Shown here in pieces: positions 1-10,327 of a stretch of 47,445 nt of DNA. A model generated the notes under the pieces. That model searched no databases. It saw only the letters and a program-made list of their open reading frames with translations, and was not told the origin of the DNA. The first letter of the stretch is position 1. Every line of letters begins with the position of its first letter. The stretch is from Chiloscyllium plagiosum (lineage: Eukaryota). The position numbers and the translations under genes are program-made. The stretch is taken from the NCBI RefSeq assembly GCF_004010195.1, contig NC_057718.1, positions 58,433,704 through 58,481,148 on the forward strand, in the 5' to 3' direction.

Positions 1-516
1 CCTAAAATACAAAAAAATCAATTTTGAATTCATTCTTTTACCAACATCGAATCAATGAGATGATCCGATGCTGGGGGTATAATGAAGCAGACATTTTGAC
101 AGCTAGACAGAGAGACCAACTACCATCACCAGAGTAACTACTAGCAACACACTCACTATCAAAAGCACCTTTTCATATGAAACATCTTTGCAGCAAAGAC
201 CGAAGATGAGCCAGAGAGATCCACAGCCAGAGGAAGACAGACACCAATGTGGTTTTGAAATTAAGTTGACACAATTTGAATATGGGTTTTTATCAGAGCA
301 GTATATTGCTATAGAGTTGAAGGTTGACAATAAGTGGTTAAGAGAAAGGGGGCTTAGAGTTGTAAGTAGTTGTTGTTTAATGTTCACTTTTAGAGTTAAA
401 GAATAAATTGAATTTTAAGTAGTGGAACTTGGGAATTCTCTGCCACTCATACTTTAACAGATTACGAGGCGAGGTAACCTTTAATTAGCAGAAAGGTTCA
501 CCGCTGTGTCGTAACA
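1..516 (+). repeat. 5' LTR (partial)
   Basis: Aligns to ~5918-6519 and ends GTAACA at 516; AATAAA near 402. Confidence 0.9.
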
Positions 517-519
517 GTT

Positions 520-545
520 TGGTGTTTCAGGTCTGTGATTTGGAC
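520..545 (+). promoter_or_regulatory. Degenerate primer-binding site
   Basis: TGG... begins 3 nt after the LTR end and continues ...GATTTGGAC, resembling the complement of a tRNA 3' end. The tRNA identity cannot be resolved. Confidence 0.45.
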
Positions 546-714
546 AGATTTAGACAGACCCAGTCTGAGATTGGGACAGATTTGAACAGATTTGAAAAGA
601 TCCCAGCAGATATAAACCCTTGCCGATTCGTGCCCTAGATCTTTAAATAAAATTAAGTGAGACAATTTGTTTAACTTCGGTTACTTGTGGTTGGTTAAAT
701 TAAAAGTGAGAGAT

Positions 715-1900
715 ATGGCCTTTAAAATTGCTAAAGAGGTTCTGGTGTTTGAAGAGGAGTCCCAAATTCGCCAAGAAAATTTAAAAAGATAGAAGAAGGA
801 TATGCTTTTAGAATTAGCAAATAGGTTAGAATTGGGTCTAATCAGGGACAAAAGGAAAGCTGAAATTGTAAGGGAGTTAGTCAAGCACTTAGTGTGTCAG
901 AGAACCAGACAAGTGCAGTAGAGATAGAGAAACTTAAATTCAATTGAGGAAAATAGAGTTAGAAGATAAAGAAAGGGAGAGAAGGTATTTAGCTGAGCAG
1001 AGAGAGAGAGAGAAAAGAAAGAGAGAAGAAAGACGAAGGGAAAGACAATTTGAACTTCAGAAGTTGCGACAAAGTCAGAAAAGTCAACCTAACAGGATGG
1101 AGATGAAGAGAAGGCAGTGATACATACAAATATGTTAAAACAATGCCACACTTTGATGAGAAAGATATCGAAGCCTTCTTTATTTCATTTGAAAAATTGG
1201 CGAGGCACATGGAGTGGTCAGAGAACGTGTGGGTAATGCTAGTTCAGATTAAACTGGTAGACGGAGCTGTTGAGGTATTTGCAGCGCTGTCAGACGAGGG
1301 GTCAAGAGATTATGAAGATATCAAATAGGTTATTTTTAGTGCTTATGAATTGGTACCAGAAGAGTATAGACAACGGTTCAGAAACATAAAGAAGGAACCA
1401 CGTCAGACTTTTGTTGAGTTTGAAAGAATTAAATAAAGTAATTTTGATAAATGGTTGTGGGCTGTAAAAATAGATAAGACCTATGAGGCTCTAAGAGGGA
1501 TTATTCTGCTGGAAGAGTTTAGAAACTCACTTCCAGGGATGATAAGAACTCACATAGATGAATAAAAAGTTCAAGAAGTGAGAAGAGCAGCAGAGATGGC
1601 AGATGAATACGCATTGGTGCATAAGGCAAAGTTTAGCTTCTGGCAAGAATTTCATCCTGTGAAACAAAGAGTAGAGCACACTGGTAATTGTTTACCACAG
1701 GTTAAAAAAAGAAACCCAAGAATGTGAAAGGGAGGTGAAAGGCCTCAGGTGTTTCCACTGCGGTAAAATGGGACACGTAAAGTCACAGTGCTGATCGCTA
1801 AAGAAAGGCACTGTGGGAAAAGATGTGGTAAAAGAAGCTAAGCCAGTGGCATTAGTGAAAGTAGGAAAGGAAACCCCAAGAAAAGTCAAGGAGCTTCAGG
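715..1900 (+). pseudogene. gag: gag remnant with CCHC zinc knuckle
   Basis: ATG at 715; PHFDEKDIEAFFISFEKLA; CFHCGKMGHVKSQC at 1750-1791; in-frame stops. Confidence 0.85.
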
Positions 1901-1949
1901 AGAGTGCATAGCCTAGGTAGGAGCTGGGTATGGAGTTAGTACCTGACCT

Positions 1950-2303
1950 CTATAAAGAATTCGCCTCAGCGGGTAAAGTTTACTCAGAAAGAATGGGGGA
2001 AAAGGGAAAGAAGTTATAATTTTGAGATGTACAGGATCTAACCAGTCGCTGATAGTAAGAGATGAATATATTTGCACTCTTTCTGACTTGTTACCCAAGA
2101 GAGTGGTAATTTGTGGGATAGATGGACAGAAATGTAGTGTTGCCCTATGTAAGATTAGGTTGGAGTGCCAACTCAAGACTAGGAAAGTAACAGTGAGACT
2201 AATTGACAGAGTGTCAGTTCCAGGAATTCAGTTTGTTCTTGGGAACAATTTAGCAGGATCCAAGGTGGGAGTGACATCCATTGTTGTGGAGAAGCCAAAA
2301 TAA
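1950..2303 (+). pseudogene. Aspartic protease remnant
   Basis: ILRCTGSNQSLI (degenerate LRDTG) and FVLGNNL (ILGND-like). Confidence 0.75.
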
Positions 2304-2599
2304 GATAGGGAACTGAGGAATTAAAAGAAAAATACCCTGGAATTTTTCAGACTGAGTAGTACAAGATCCCACTATTAGCACGAGGCAAAAACTAAAGAGA
2401 AAGATGGTGGAGTTGAGGTTCAGTTAGCGGACACCCTGTTGGACATAATGGTGCAGGAAAAACCTAAACAGGCAGTGGGTCAGGCAGAGATGTTCAGTCC
2501 TGAAAGGCTAATGGACTTACAACAGAAAAACGATACAATAAAAGATAGAAATGTTGTTGTATACTCAGAAAAGGAGTCAGAGAATATTCCTGAAGGTTG

Positions 2600-3745
2600 T
2601 TATCTTAAAGATAGAGTTCTAAGACAAAAATGGAGACCATGGCAAATTAGTGCAGAGGGGAAATTGGCAGAAGTGCAACAGATTGTGTTGCTTGTAGCAT
2701 ACAGACAGTGAGTGTTATGGGTAGCACATGAAGTACCCGTAGGAGGTCACACAGGTGTACAAAAGACTCAGGCTAAGGTACAAAAACATTTGTATTGGCC
2801 TGGAATGCAAAGGATGTCATTAATTTTTGCTGTACGTGTCATCCATGCCAAATGGTAGGCAAGACACAGGCGGTAATGAAACCAGCACCTTTATTGCCAA
2901 TTCCCGCATTTGAAGAACCTTTTACATGGGTTATGATTATGTAGGTCCTCTCCCGAGAACTAAAAATGGGAACCAGTACTTGCGAACCATTATTGATATG
3001 TCTGCTAGATTTCCGAAGGCAATTCCATTACAGAGTATTAAGGCAAAAAGGGTGGTAGAGGAGGTAGTAGCTTTCTTCACATGGTATGGACCACCCAGAG
3101 AGATTCAGTCAGACTAAGGGTCTAATTTTACTGCTCGGCTGTTTAAGGAAGTCATGGATAGCTTAGGCAACAGCACTTTAAATCAAGTGCATGTCATCCT
3201 GAATCCCAGGGAGCTTTGGAAAGGTGGCAACAGATCCTGAAGACCATGTTAACAGCGTACTATCAGGATTACCCAAACGATTGGGATAAAGGTATCCCAT
3301 ATGTATTGTTTGCCATTAGAAATGTCCCAAATGAATCTGCTCCATTTTCTCCCTTTGAATTAACATTCGGTCATGAAATGAGAGGGCCTTTGAAATTAAT
3401 AAAAGAGAAATTGACAGGACCAAGGTTGGAGATCTCACAATTGGATTATGTATCGGAGGTGAGTGAGAGATTAAATCAGGTAGGTGAGTTAGCTAAACAG
3501 CACCTGAAGAGGGCACAACATAGAATGAAGCAGGTGGCAGATTAAAAACTCTGAAATTCAGATGTTTTTCCATGGGGAAGACATATTAGTATTGTTACCA
3601 GTGGTAGGAGATCCCTTCAAAACCAATTTAGTAGTCCCTGTCAAACTGAGAAAAAGTGGAGTCAGGTAAACTATCTAGTAAAGATGCCGGAGGGGAAAAA
3701 TACTTTATCAGGTGTGTCATGTGAATATGTTGAAACCTTATTGTA
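2600..3745 (+). pseudogene. Integrase remnant (HHCC zinc finger, DDE core, C-terminal module)
   Basis: HEVPVGGH...CxxC; DYVGPLP; EIQSD*GSNF; HPESQGALERW; FSPFELTFG; HVNMLKPY. Confidence 0.9.
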
Positions 3746-3959
3746 AAAGAGAGAAGAAACTGGAGAAACAGCTGTTAGTTACTGCCCCGCAGAGTGAGGA
3801 ATCTGTCGTGGAGTTGATGTGCCTCAAAATACATTAAACAATGTGGAAGGCCTTGAGGAGTGGGATAGGTTAGTGAACTGTCTGTCTCGGGAACAAATAA
3901 TACAGTTGAAAAGTTTGTTGCAGCAGTATGAGGACATATGCAGGAATAGGATGGGGAGG

Positions 3960-5215
3960 ACTAATGCTACTGTGCATGAGGTGGAAGTAGGGAATGCTGT
4001 TCTGATAAAACAACACTCCTACAGACTTAATTCTTTCAAAGCCACACAGGTCCAGATGGTAGTGGAAGAAATGCTCAACTAAGATATCATTGAACCGTAT
4101 CAGAGTGAGTGGAGTTCGCTGATCGTGTTTGTTCCCAAATCTGACAGGACTCAATGATTTTGTGCCAATTATCGGATAGTCAACATCATAACAAAATCAG
4201 ACTCATACCCAATACCAAGATTGAAGGACTATATAAAGAAAGTTGGACAAGCCAGTTATGTCACGAAGTTGGACTTACTGTGTGATTATTATCAGAGAAA
4301 GCAAAAGAAGTTTCAGCATTTGTAATCCTAAATAGGCTCTATCAATTCAAAGTGATGCCACTTGGAATGAAGAATGTACCAGCCACAGTCCAAAGACACA
4401 TGAACAGAGTCATAGCTGGGTTAACAAACTGTGCAGTTTATCTGGATGATGTAGTGATCTTTAGTGAGTCATGGAAAGATCATATGGTACAGTTGGCACA
4501 GCTTTTTGAATGACTAAGAGAAGTAAAACTGGTCATAAACTTAAAGAAAACAGAATTCATGAAGGCAGAGGTGAGGTTCTTGGGACATAACATAGATCAT
4601 TAAAAGTTGACCCCAAGGAATGCCAAGATGAAAGCCATTGAGGAATTCTACGACCAGCCTCGAAGAAAGAAATGCTTCGATTTTTGGGACTAAGTGGATA
4701 CTACCGGAAGTTTGGTCCAAACTTCAGCAGCGTAGTGGCACTGCTAACAGATTTACTGAAGAAGAACACAAAATTTTGGTGGACAGAACAATGCCAGGAG
4801 TATTAACCACCACACCAGTTTCAGCTACACCAAATTTTTTGAAACCCTTCAAAGTTATAATTGATGCTGGTGACATAGGAGTTGCAGCTGTACTCAACAA
4901 GATGATGACAATGGAATTGAACAGCCAGTTGGTTACTTTTCAAAGAAACTCAACACCCTCCAGAGAAAATACTCTACCATCGTAAAAGAATTATTGAGTT
5001 TGGGTCTGGCCTTACAACATTTTAATGTTTATGTGACAAACAATGTCTCGGAGACAGTTGTGTACACGGATTACAATCCTCTTACATTCTTGGAACAACT
5101 TAAAGAGATAAGTATAATATTATTTCATTGGAGTCTTATGTTACAGACTTTTAATTTGCAAATTGTTCATGTTACGGGTCATAAGAATTAGTTAACAGAT
5201 GCATTATCGCTGATT
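3960..5215 (+). pseudogene. Reverse transcriptase-RNase H remnant
   Basis: DSYPIPR; YQFKVMPLGMKN; YLDD at 4439-4450; DAGDIGVAAVL; YFSKKL; VYTDYNPL; DALS. Confidence 0.9.
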
Positions 5216-5383
5216 TAACAGATAAAGTATGGATAAGATTGAACAGATACCAATGTTATATATACGTGTATGCAGAAATTAATATGAACTTAAGTTAATG
5301 CCCTGGGTAATTCATTGTTATGGGCTAAGAATTAGAAAAAAGAAAATTAAGCCAGCTTTTCAGTGTGATGGTTCATTTTTCTT

Positions 5384-5394
5384 AAGGGGGGACG
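5384..5394 (+). promoter_or_regulatory. Polypurine tract
   Basis: AAGGGGGGACG directly before the TG of the 3' LTR. Confidence 0.8.
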
Positions 5395-5406
5395 TGTTAT
5401 GAAGGT

Positions 5407-5710
5407 TTTTTTTAGATTACTTACAGTGTGGAAACAGGCCCTTCGGCCCAACAAGTCCACACCGCCCCGCCGAAGCGCAACCCACCCATACCCCTACATT
5501 TACCCCTTACCTAACACTAGGGGCAATTTAGCATGGTCAATTCACCTAACCTGCACATCTTTGGACTGTGGGAGGAAACCGAAGCATACGGAGGAAACAC
5601 ACGCAGACACGGGGAGAACGTGCAAACTCCACATAGTCTGAGGCGGGAATTGAACCCAGGTCTCTGGCGCTGTGAGGCAGCAGTGCTAACCACTGTGCCA
5701 CCGTGCCGCT
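5407..5710 (-). mobile_element. HE1-type tRNA-derived V-SINE
   Basis: Minus strand has A box TGGCACAGTGG, B box GGTTCAATTCC, V-domain TGTGGAGTTTGCACGTTCTCCCCGTG and a CR1-like tail with A-run. AAGGT is duplicated at 5402-5406 and 5713-5717. Confidence 0.9.
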
Positions 5711-6021
5711 CAAAGGTGAAGACGTGTACTGTACCTTTAAGAGAGTGAAAGCTATTTTGTACTGAGAGCTTGCAGGCATGTGTCATGTGACTGACTAACA
5801 ATCTCAGAGTGTACTGGAAAATTGAAAGTATGTAATATTTGGCTGTGAAACAAATACTTGAGTTTTGGTTGCTATTTTTACAACAATTCAAATTGAACCG
5901 TTCAGTTTAAATTATGCCCCAGGATACAAAAAAAAATCAATTTTGAATTCATTGTTGTGTCAACATTAAACCAATGAGATGATCTGATGCTGGGGGTATA
6001 AAGAAGCAGACATTTTGACGG

Positions 6022-6084
6022 TTCATAGTCACAGAGATGTACAGCATAGAAACAGACCCTTCAGTCCAACTTGTCCATGCCGAA
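6022..6084 (-). mobile_element. Very short CR1 3'-end stub inside the 3' LTR
   Basis: Matches the CR1 3' end at 23540-23600 and is absent from the equivalent site of the 5' LTR. Confidence 0.8.
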
Positions 6085-6807
6085 CAAAGAGACCAACTGC
6101 CATCGCCAGAGTAACTGCTAGCAAAACACTCTCTGTCAAAAGTACCTTTTCATATGAAACATCTTTGCAGCAAAAGACCGAAGATGACCCATAGAGATCT
6201 ACAGCCAGAGGAAGACAGGCACCGATGATAGCCGCTGTGTTGTTTTGAAATTAAGTTGACATAATTTGAATATGGGTTTTTATCAGAATGGTATATTGCT
6301 ATAGAGTTGAATGCTGACAATAAGTAGTTAAGAGAAAGGTAGCTTAGAGTTGTAAATAGTTGTTTAATGTTCACTTTTAGAGTTAAAGAATAAATTGATT
6401 TTTTTTCATTTAAATTTGAGAGTTTGCTGTCACTCATACTTTAACAGATTACAGGTTGAGGTGAGCTTTTCTAGGTGTTTGTTTTAATTAGTGGAAGGGT
6501 TCACCACTGCGTTATAACACTGTGTAGACGCAGAAAGGTTATATCCATTGTGGGAGAATGTAGGAAAAGAAGGTGTATTCTCAGATTTGGGAGAGTAGCA
6601 GTACAGCTACAACTGCTATGACACTAGCATCAATTAAAAATTTGAAGGATTTCAAAGATTTTGGTATAGCTAAAACTGGTGTGGTGGTTAATACTGCCTT
6701 GAATTGTCATATTTAAAATGAGGAGGAATTTCTTCTGTCATGAATCTGTGGAATTCTTTACCACCGAGGGCTGTTGAGGCATGGTCATTAAGCATATTTA
6801 AGACTGA

Positions 6808-7038
6808 AGTAAAAACAATGACTGCAGATGCTGGAAACCAGATTCTGGATTAGTGGTGCTGGAAGAGCATAGCAGTTCAGGCAGCATCCAAGGACTTCGA
6901 AATTGACGTTTCGGGCAAAAGCCCTTCATCAGGAATAAAATTTTATTCTTGATGAAGGGCTTTTGCCCAAAATGTCGATTTCGAAGCTCCTTGGATGCTG
7001 CCTGAACTGCTGTGCTCTTCCAGCACCACTAATCCAGA
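6808..7038. mobile_element. Short Penelope-like (pLTR-derived) foldback insertion
   Basis: Spacer-less inverted repeat 6842-7040; 14-bp TSD ATATTTAAGACTGA at 6794-6807 and 7039-7052; hammerhead motif in each arm. Confidence 0.85.
6905..6932 (-). ncRNA. Minimal hammerhead ribozyme motif
   Basis: CUGAUGA-A-GGGC-UUUU-GCCC-GAAAC-GUC on the minus strand. Confidence 0.8.
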
Positions 7039-7331
7039 ATATTTAAGACTGAGCCTGATTTTTTTAATCAGTAAGGAAATCAAAGGTTATGGGGAAATGG
7101 CAGGCAAGTGAAGTTGAGGATAATCAGTTCAGTCATGGTCTCATTGAATGATGTAGTATACACAATAGGCTGAATGGCCTACTTCAGTTCCAAAGTCATA
7201 TGGACTTATATCAATAGTGGCTAAATCTTTAATGACCTCTTTAAACTGTCAATCAAAATGTGTACACGGAACCATCTGTTGAGATAATTGTAGCCTTTGA
7301 AACTAAGGCAAGCTTGCACAATGCCATCATA

Positions 7332-7550
7332 CAGATTGTTCTGCTATAACACACATTTTGTTAACACGAATTTGCTGTAACATGATTGATGAATTGGGGA
7401 CACTGTTTCCAAAATGCAAACTTGTAAAGCATATATTGGTTATAATGAGATTCTGGCCCCATTAGTTTAAATGGTGCTGCTGTTATGCAATTTTCTTATA
7501 ACACGGGTTTGCATGAGAATGGAACTACTGCATTATACCAGAACTGACTG
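7332..7550. mobile_element. Tigger/pogo-type MITE
   Basis: TIRs CAGATTGTTCTGCTATAA / TTATACCAGAACTGACTG with TA on both sides; second copy at 18475-18693. Confidence 0.8.
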
Positions 7551-8741
7551 TATTAGTAATTAGTGAAATGTCAGCAAGTAAGGCTGGAACAGATGCTACA
7601 TCAGCTGGCCAGTCAATTATATCAATCCAGCAGAGAATTTGTGTTAGCAAACACTGACACCTGCAGCATATTTTCACATTCAAAGGATTTTGTATTTAAA
7701 AAACTTCAGTTCATGACATTTATACAACCTTTTTCTGCTTTTCAAGAATATTTACATGTATTCATAACTCCCACACAGTTAGTTAAAAATTTACAACAGT
7801 GAAAATTAATTCTGTTTGAATTCATTACTGAGGTCATATGGCTCTGTTGAGTTAATGTTTCCCTTTGTATGAATCATACCACTTCCCTTTCCTCTGCTGT
7901 TAAAAATGAGATTTATCAGAACAGGGGGCAACTTCTGGCATCCAAATGCTCACCACCACTTCTAATCATCCACAGAATCTTTCTAACTCTGTGAAAATAT
8001 GACCCTTAATCTCTAAGATTTCAGATTTGAATTTCATGTAATTTCACTTTTTTTACTTTCCATTCCCAAGTGTTCATACTCAATAATGCTTATCCTCTGA
8101 AAATGTTTCTGAGGCACGAATTATACCTTCTGAAGGGTATAATGTTGTAATATATGGGCAATACAATAATGTTTCTACTTCTGAGTCCAATTACAATTTT
8201 GATTTACTCAAGGGATCTGGCTGGATTGTATCTTTACAGCTTTGCACACTGTCAAATGCATATCAAATTGATTAAAACAACTTTTGAAACATTCAAACTT
8301 TTATAAACCTCAGGGATTAAAACAGGAATGTATTCACTCATCTGGATCTGGTATATCTTGGCTGGACTTGTCCATGTACGTTGATATAATGGGGTTTATA
8401 AGGTGATTGCAGAAGTTGTAAATTTTCAAGTGCTCGATGGTAAGTGGGTTATCCAGTTATTTTCTCTTTCCCTATGATATCGAGACACATTATTCTCAAT
8501 CCATTATCTGTGAAACATTTGACCTTGAAGAAATACCCTTTTCAAAGAGTACCCTTAAGTATGATGCTTAACCTTCACCAACTTCCTTTTGCCATCTCCA
8601 AATTTACCAACTGCTCTGTTCTTTTGTGTAACTTCTAAAATTATTTATATTTATGTAGATACAGTATTTTCAGTCTTGGTACCCCTCCCACATTGTGGTT
8701 CACTATCATTGTTGTGTGCAGCTTTGTACTTTGCAGACAGT

Positions 8742-8767
8742 GAGAGCGAGAGAGAGAGAGAGAGAGA
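8742..8767. repeat. (GA)n microsatellite
   Basis: Direct reading. Confidence 0.9.
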
Positions 8768-9044
8768 ATGTATTATTTAAATGTTAAAAGAATATGAATG
8801 TGTGCTGTTTTCCCTTTTATGAGAGCAGGCATTCCATATTCCTTCAATACGTTTCTTCAAGATTATGAAATATGCCTGTGGAAAGCAGTAAGTGTCACTA
8901 TCTTCCGAGGTTTCTCTTTTCACAGTCAAAAAGATTGCCTGATGTCCAGCTGATGGCACATAAAGACATTGATGAGTAAAAGATGAAGTAAAATCTCTTT
9001 GGTCATACATGAGGTGCTTTGTAAATGGTGTCTTTCTTGATTTA

Positions 9045-9270
9045 TTTTTGCCAGCCTTGTAAGGGCATTGAACCTCTGCTGGTACTTTGTGAGAATTATT
9101 GAGATGGTCAAAGTTGCAATACTGATCCAGCAAACATACTCCATAGGGTATTGAGTGAGCCAATCACATAAATTTTGTCCTCAATCCCCAACGAGCTTTT
9201 CCTTTGAGCCATCACTTCAGCCAGTAATACATCCATGGAGACAGTTGAGAATGTGGGACGCTTTCTTACT
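9045..9270 (-). pseudogene. PIF/Harbinger Myb/SANT-like (NAIF1-type) DNA-binding gene remnant
   Basis: RKRPTFSTVSMDVLLAEVMAQRK and, frameshifted, QQRFNALTRLAK. Confidence 0.6.
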
Positions 9271-9279
9271 AATGGCCAT

Positions 9280-9435
9280 TCCATAGGTTGCAAATGGGTT
9301 CCATTCTGGAAACCCAAATTGGAACACAATGCAGGACAATGTAATGAATTGTTTGTAAGTACAGGAAATGTTTGTGTGTCAGATCTTTAAAATTACACCT
9401 GTGTATGAGATTGTGTTCATAAATTGGGGACCCTT
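9280..9435. mobile_element. Degenerate Tigger-type MITE
   Basis: Shares TGCAGGACAATGTAA...TGTCAGA...TTTAAAATTACACCT with 30200-30402. Confidence 0.6.
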
Positions 9436-10327
9436 AGACTGACACACACTCACACTTCAGACATTTTATGTTTATGCTCCTGCTGACCAAAACCATATGC
9501 TGTCCTTTAATCAAAACCAGGTTGTGCTGGTATAACAGTCATACTACTGAAAAAAATAGTCTAGTGGGCATTAGTTGGCTGTTTGAGAATTATAATTCAA
9601 TGTAAAAGTCTAGAAATGAATGCAGATATCAATAGAAGTGAGCCAGAAACTGTCTGACTGTCCCAAGAACTGAACTGATTTGTTATTTCCTTTTGGGAAG
9701 GTGTTAGTTAGCCTCACCAAGACCCAAACACCAATGTACTTGATTCTTAGCTGCACATTTAAAGAAGTCTCATGAGTATTAAAGTATTGCAATATTTCAA
9801 GAAGACCACCTGCTTTCTCTGGGAATTAAATGTGGAAAGTAAATGTTAATGGCACTCATATCCAAGAATTGATGAAAAAAAAATCAAGTGTTACAAGACT
9901 CTACTTCCCACCTCCTCACTCAGTGAATTAACACTCCTATCCAATGTTGATTTTGTAAACCCTAATCCTTTTGTGATGATTAATTTCCTGCTTGTATTAT
10001 ACTTTGTTCAATCTTTGCATCAATGTATGTAAACTTACACTTCTTCCCCAGCATACTGAGACTATGATCTTTCGTGTATATTTGTAATGTTATTTAAATG
10101 TGTTCAGTCCCTTTATCATAGCAATGCAGCAAATTGTTCATTATGTTGCATTAGTCAAAGCTATTTCCATGAAATAATCATCATGTTTTAATGACTGATA
10201 ACCCGATAATGGAAGCAATAATGCGATTGTAATCCTTTGCCAGTATTTAATTGGCCATCTGCCAAATTTCTGTTTAGTGGAACATAATGGCAGTGAATTC
10301 ATCAAGGCAGCAAGCTGTTGTTTGAGT

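Larger units (their letters stand above)
1..6519 (+). mobile_element. Decayed Gmr1-like (Ty3/Gypsy) LTR retrotransposon; 5' LTR cut by window start
   Basis: Long direct repeats 1-516 and 5395-6519 (TGTTA...TAACA). Internal gag CCHC, protease, integrase, RT (YLDD) and RNase H motifs, with many stops and frameshifts. Confidence 0.95.
5395..6519 (+). repeat. 3' LTR with two secondary insertions
   Basis: Starts TGTTATGAAGG and ends ATAACA; matches the 5' LTR and the start of the solo LTR at 11744. Confidence 0.9.
6520..7210 (+). mobile_element. CR1 LINE 3' fragment (interrupted)
   Basis: MRRNFF / NLWNSLP-type ORF2 end and 3' UTR GGCTGAATGGCCTACT; similar to 15170-15480. Confidence 0.75.

Noticed and set aside
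715..5215. Ty1/copia element or endogenous retrovirus
   Set aside because: RT, RNase H and IN motifs are Gypsy-type despite the IN-before-RT order, and there is no room for env between RNase H and the PPT.
5640..5710. tRNA gene (also 25805-25874 and 29765-29831)
   Set aside because: A/B boxes belong to SINE heads; there is no complete cloverleaf.
103..6437. Similar ~95-aa antisense ORFs at 103-387 and 6150-6437
   Set aside because: They are simply the two LTR copies; starts and C-termini differ and there is no recognisable domain.
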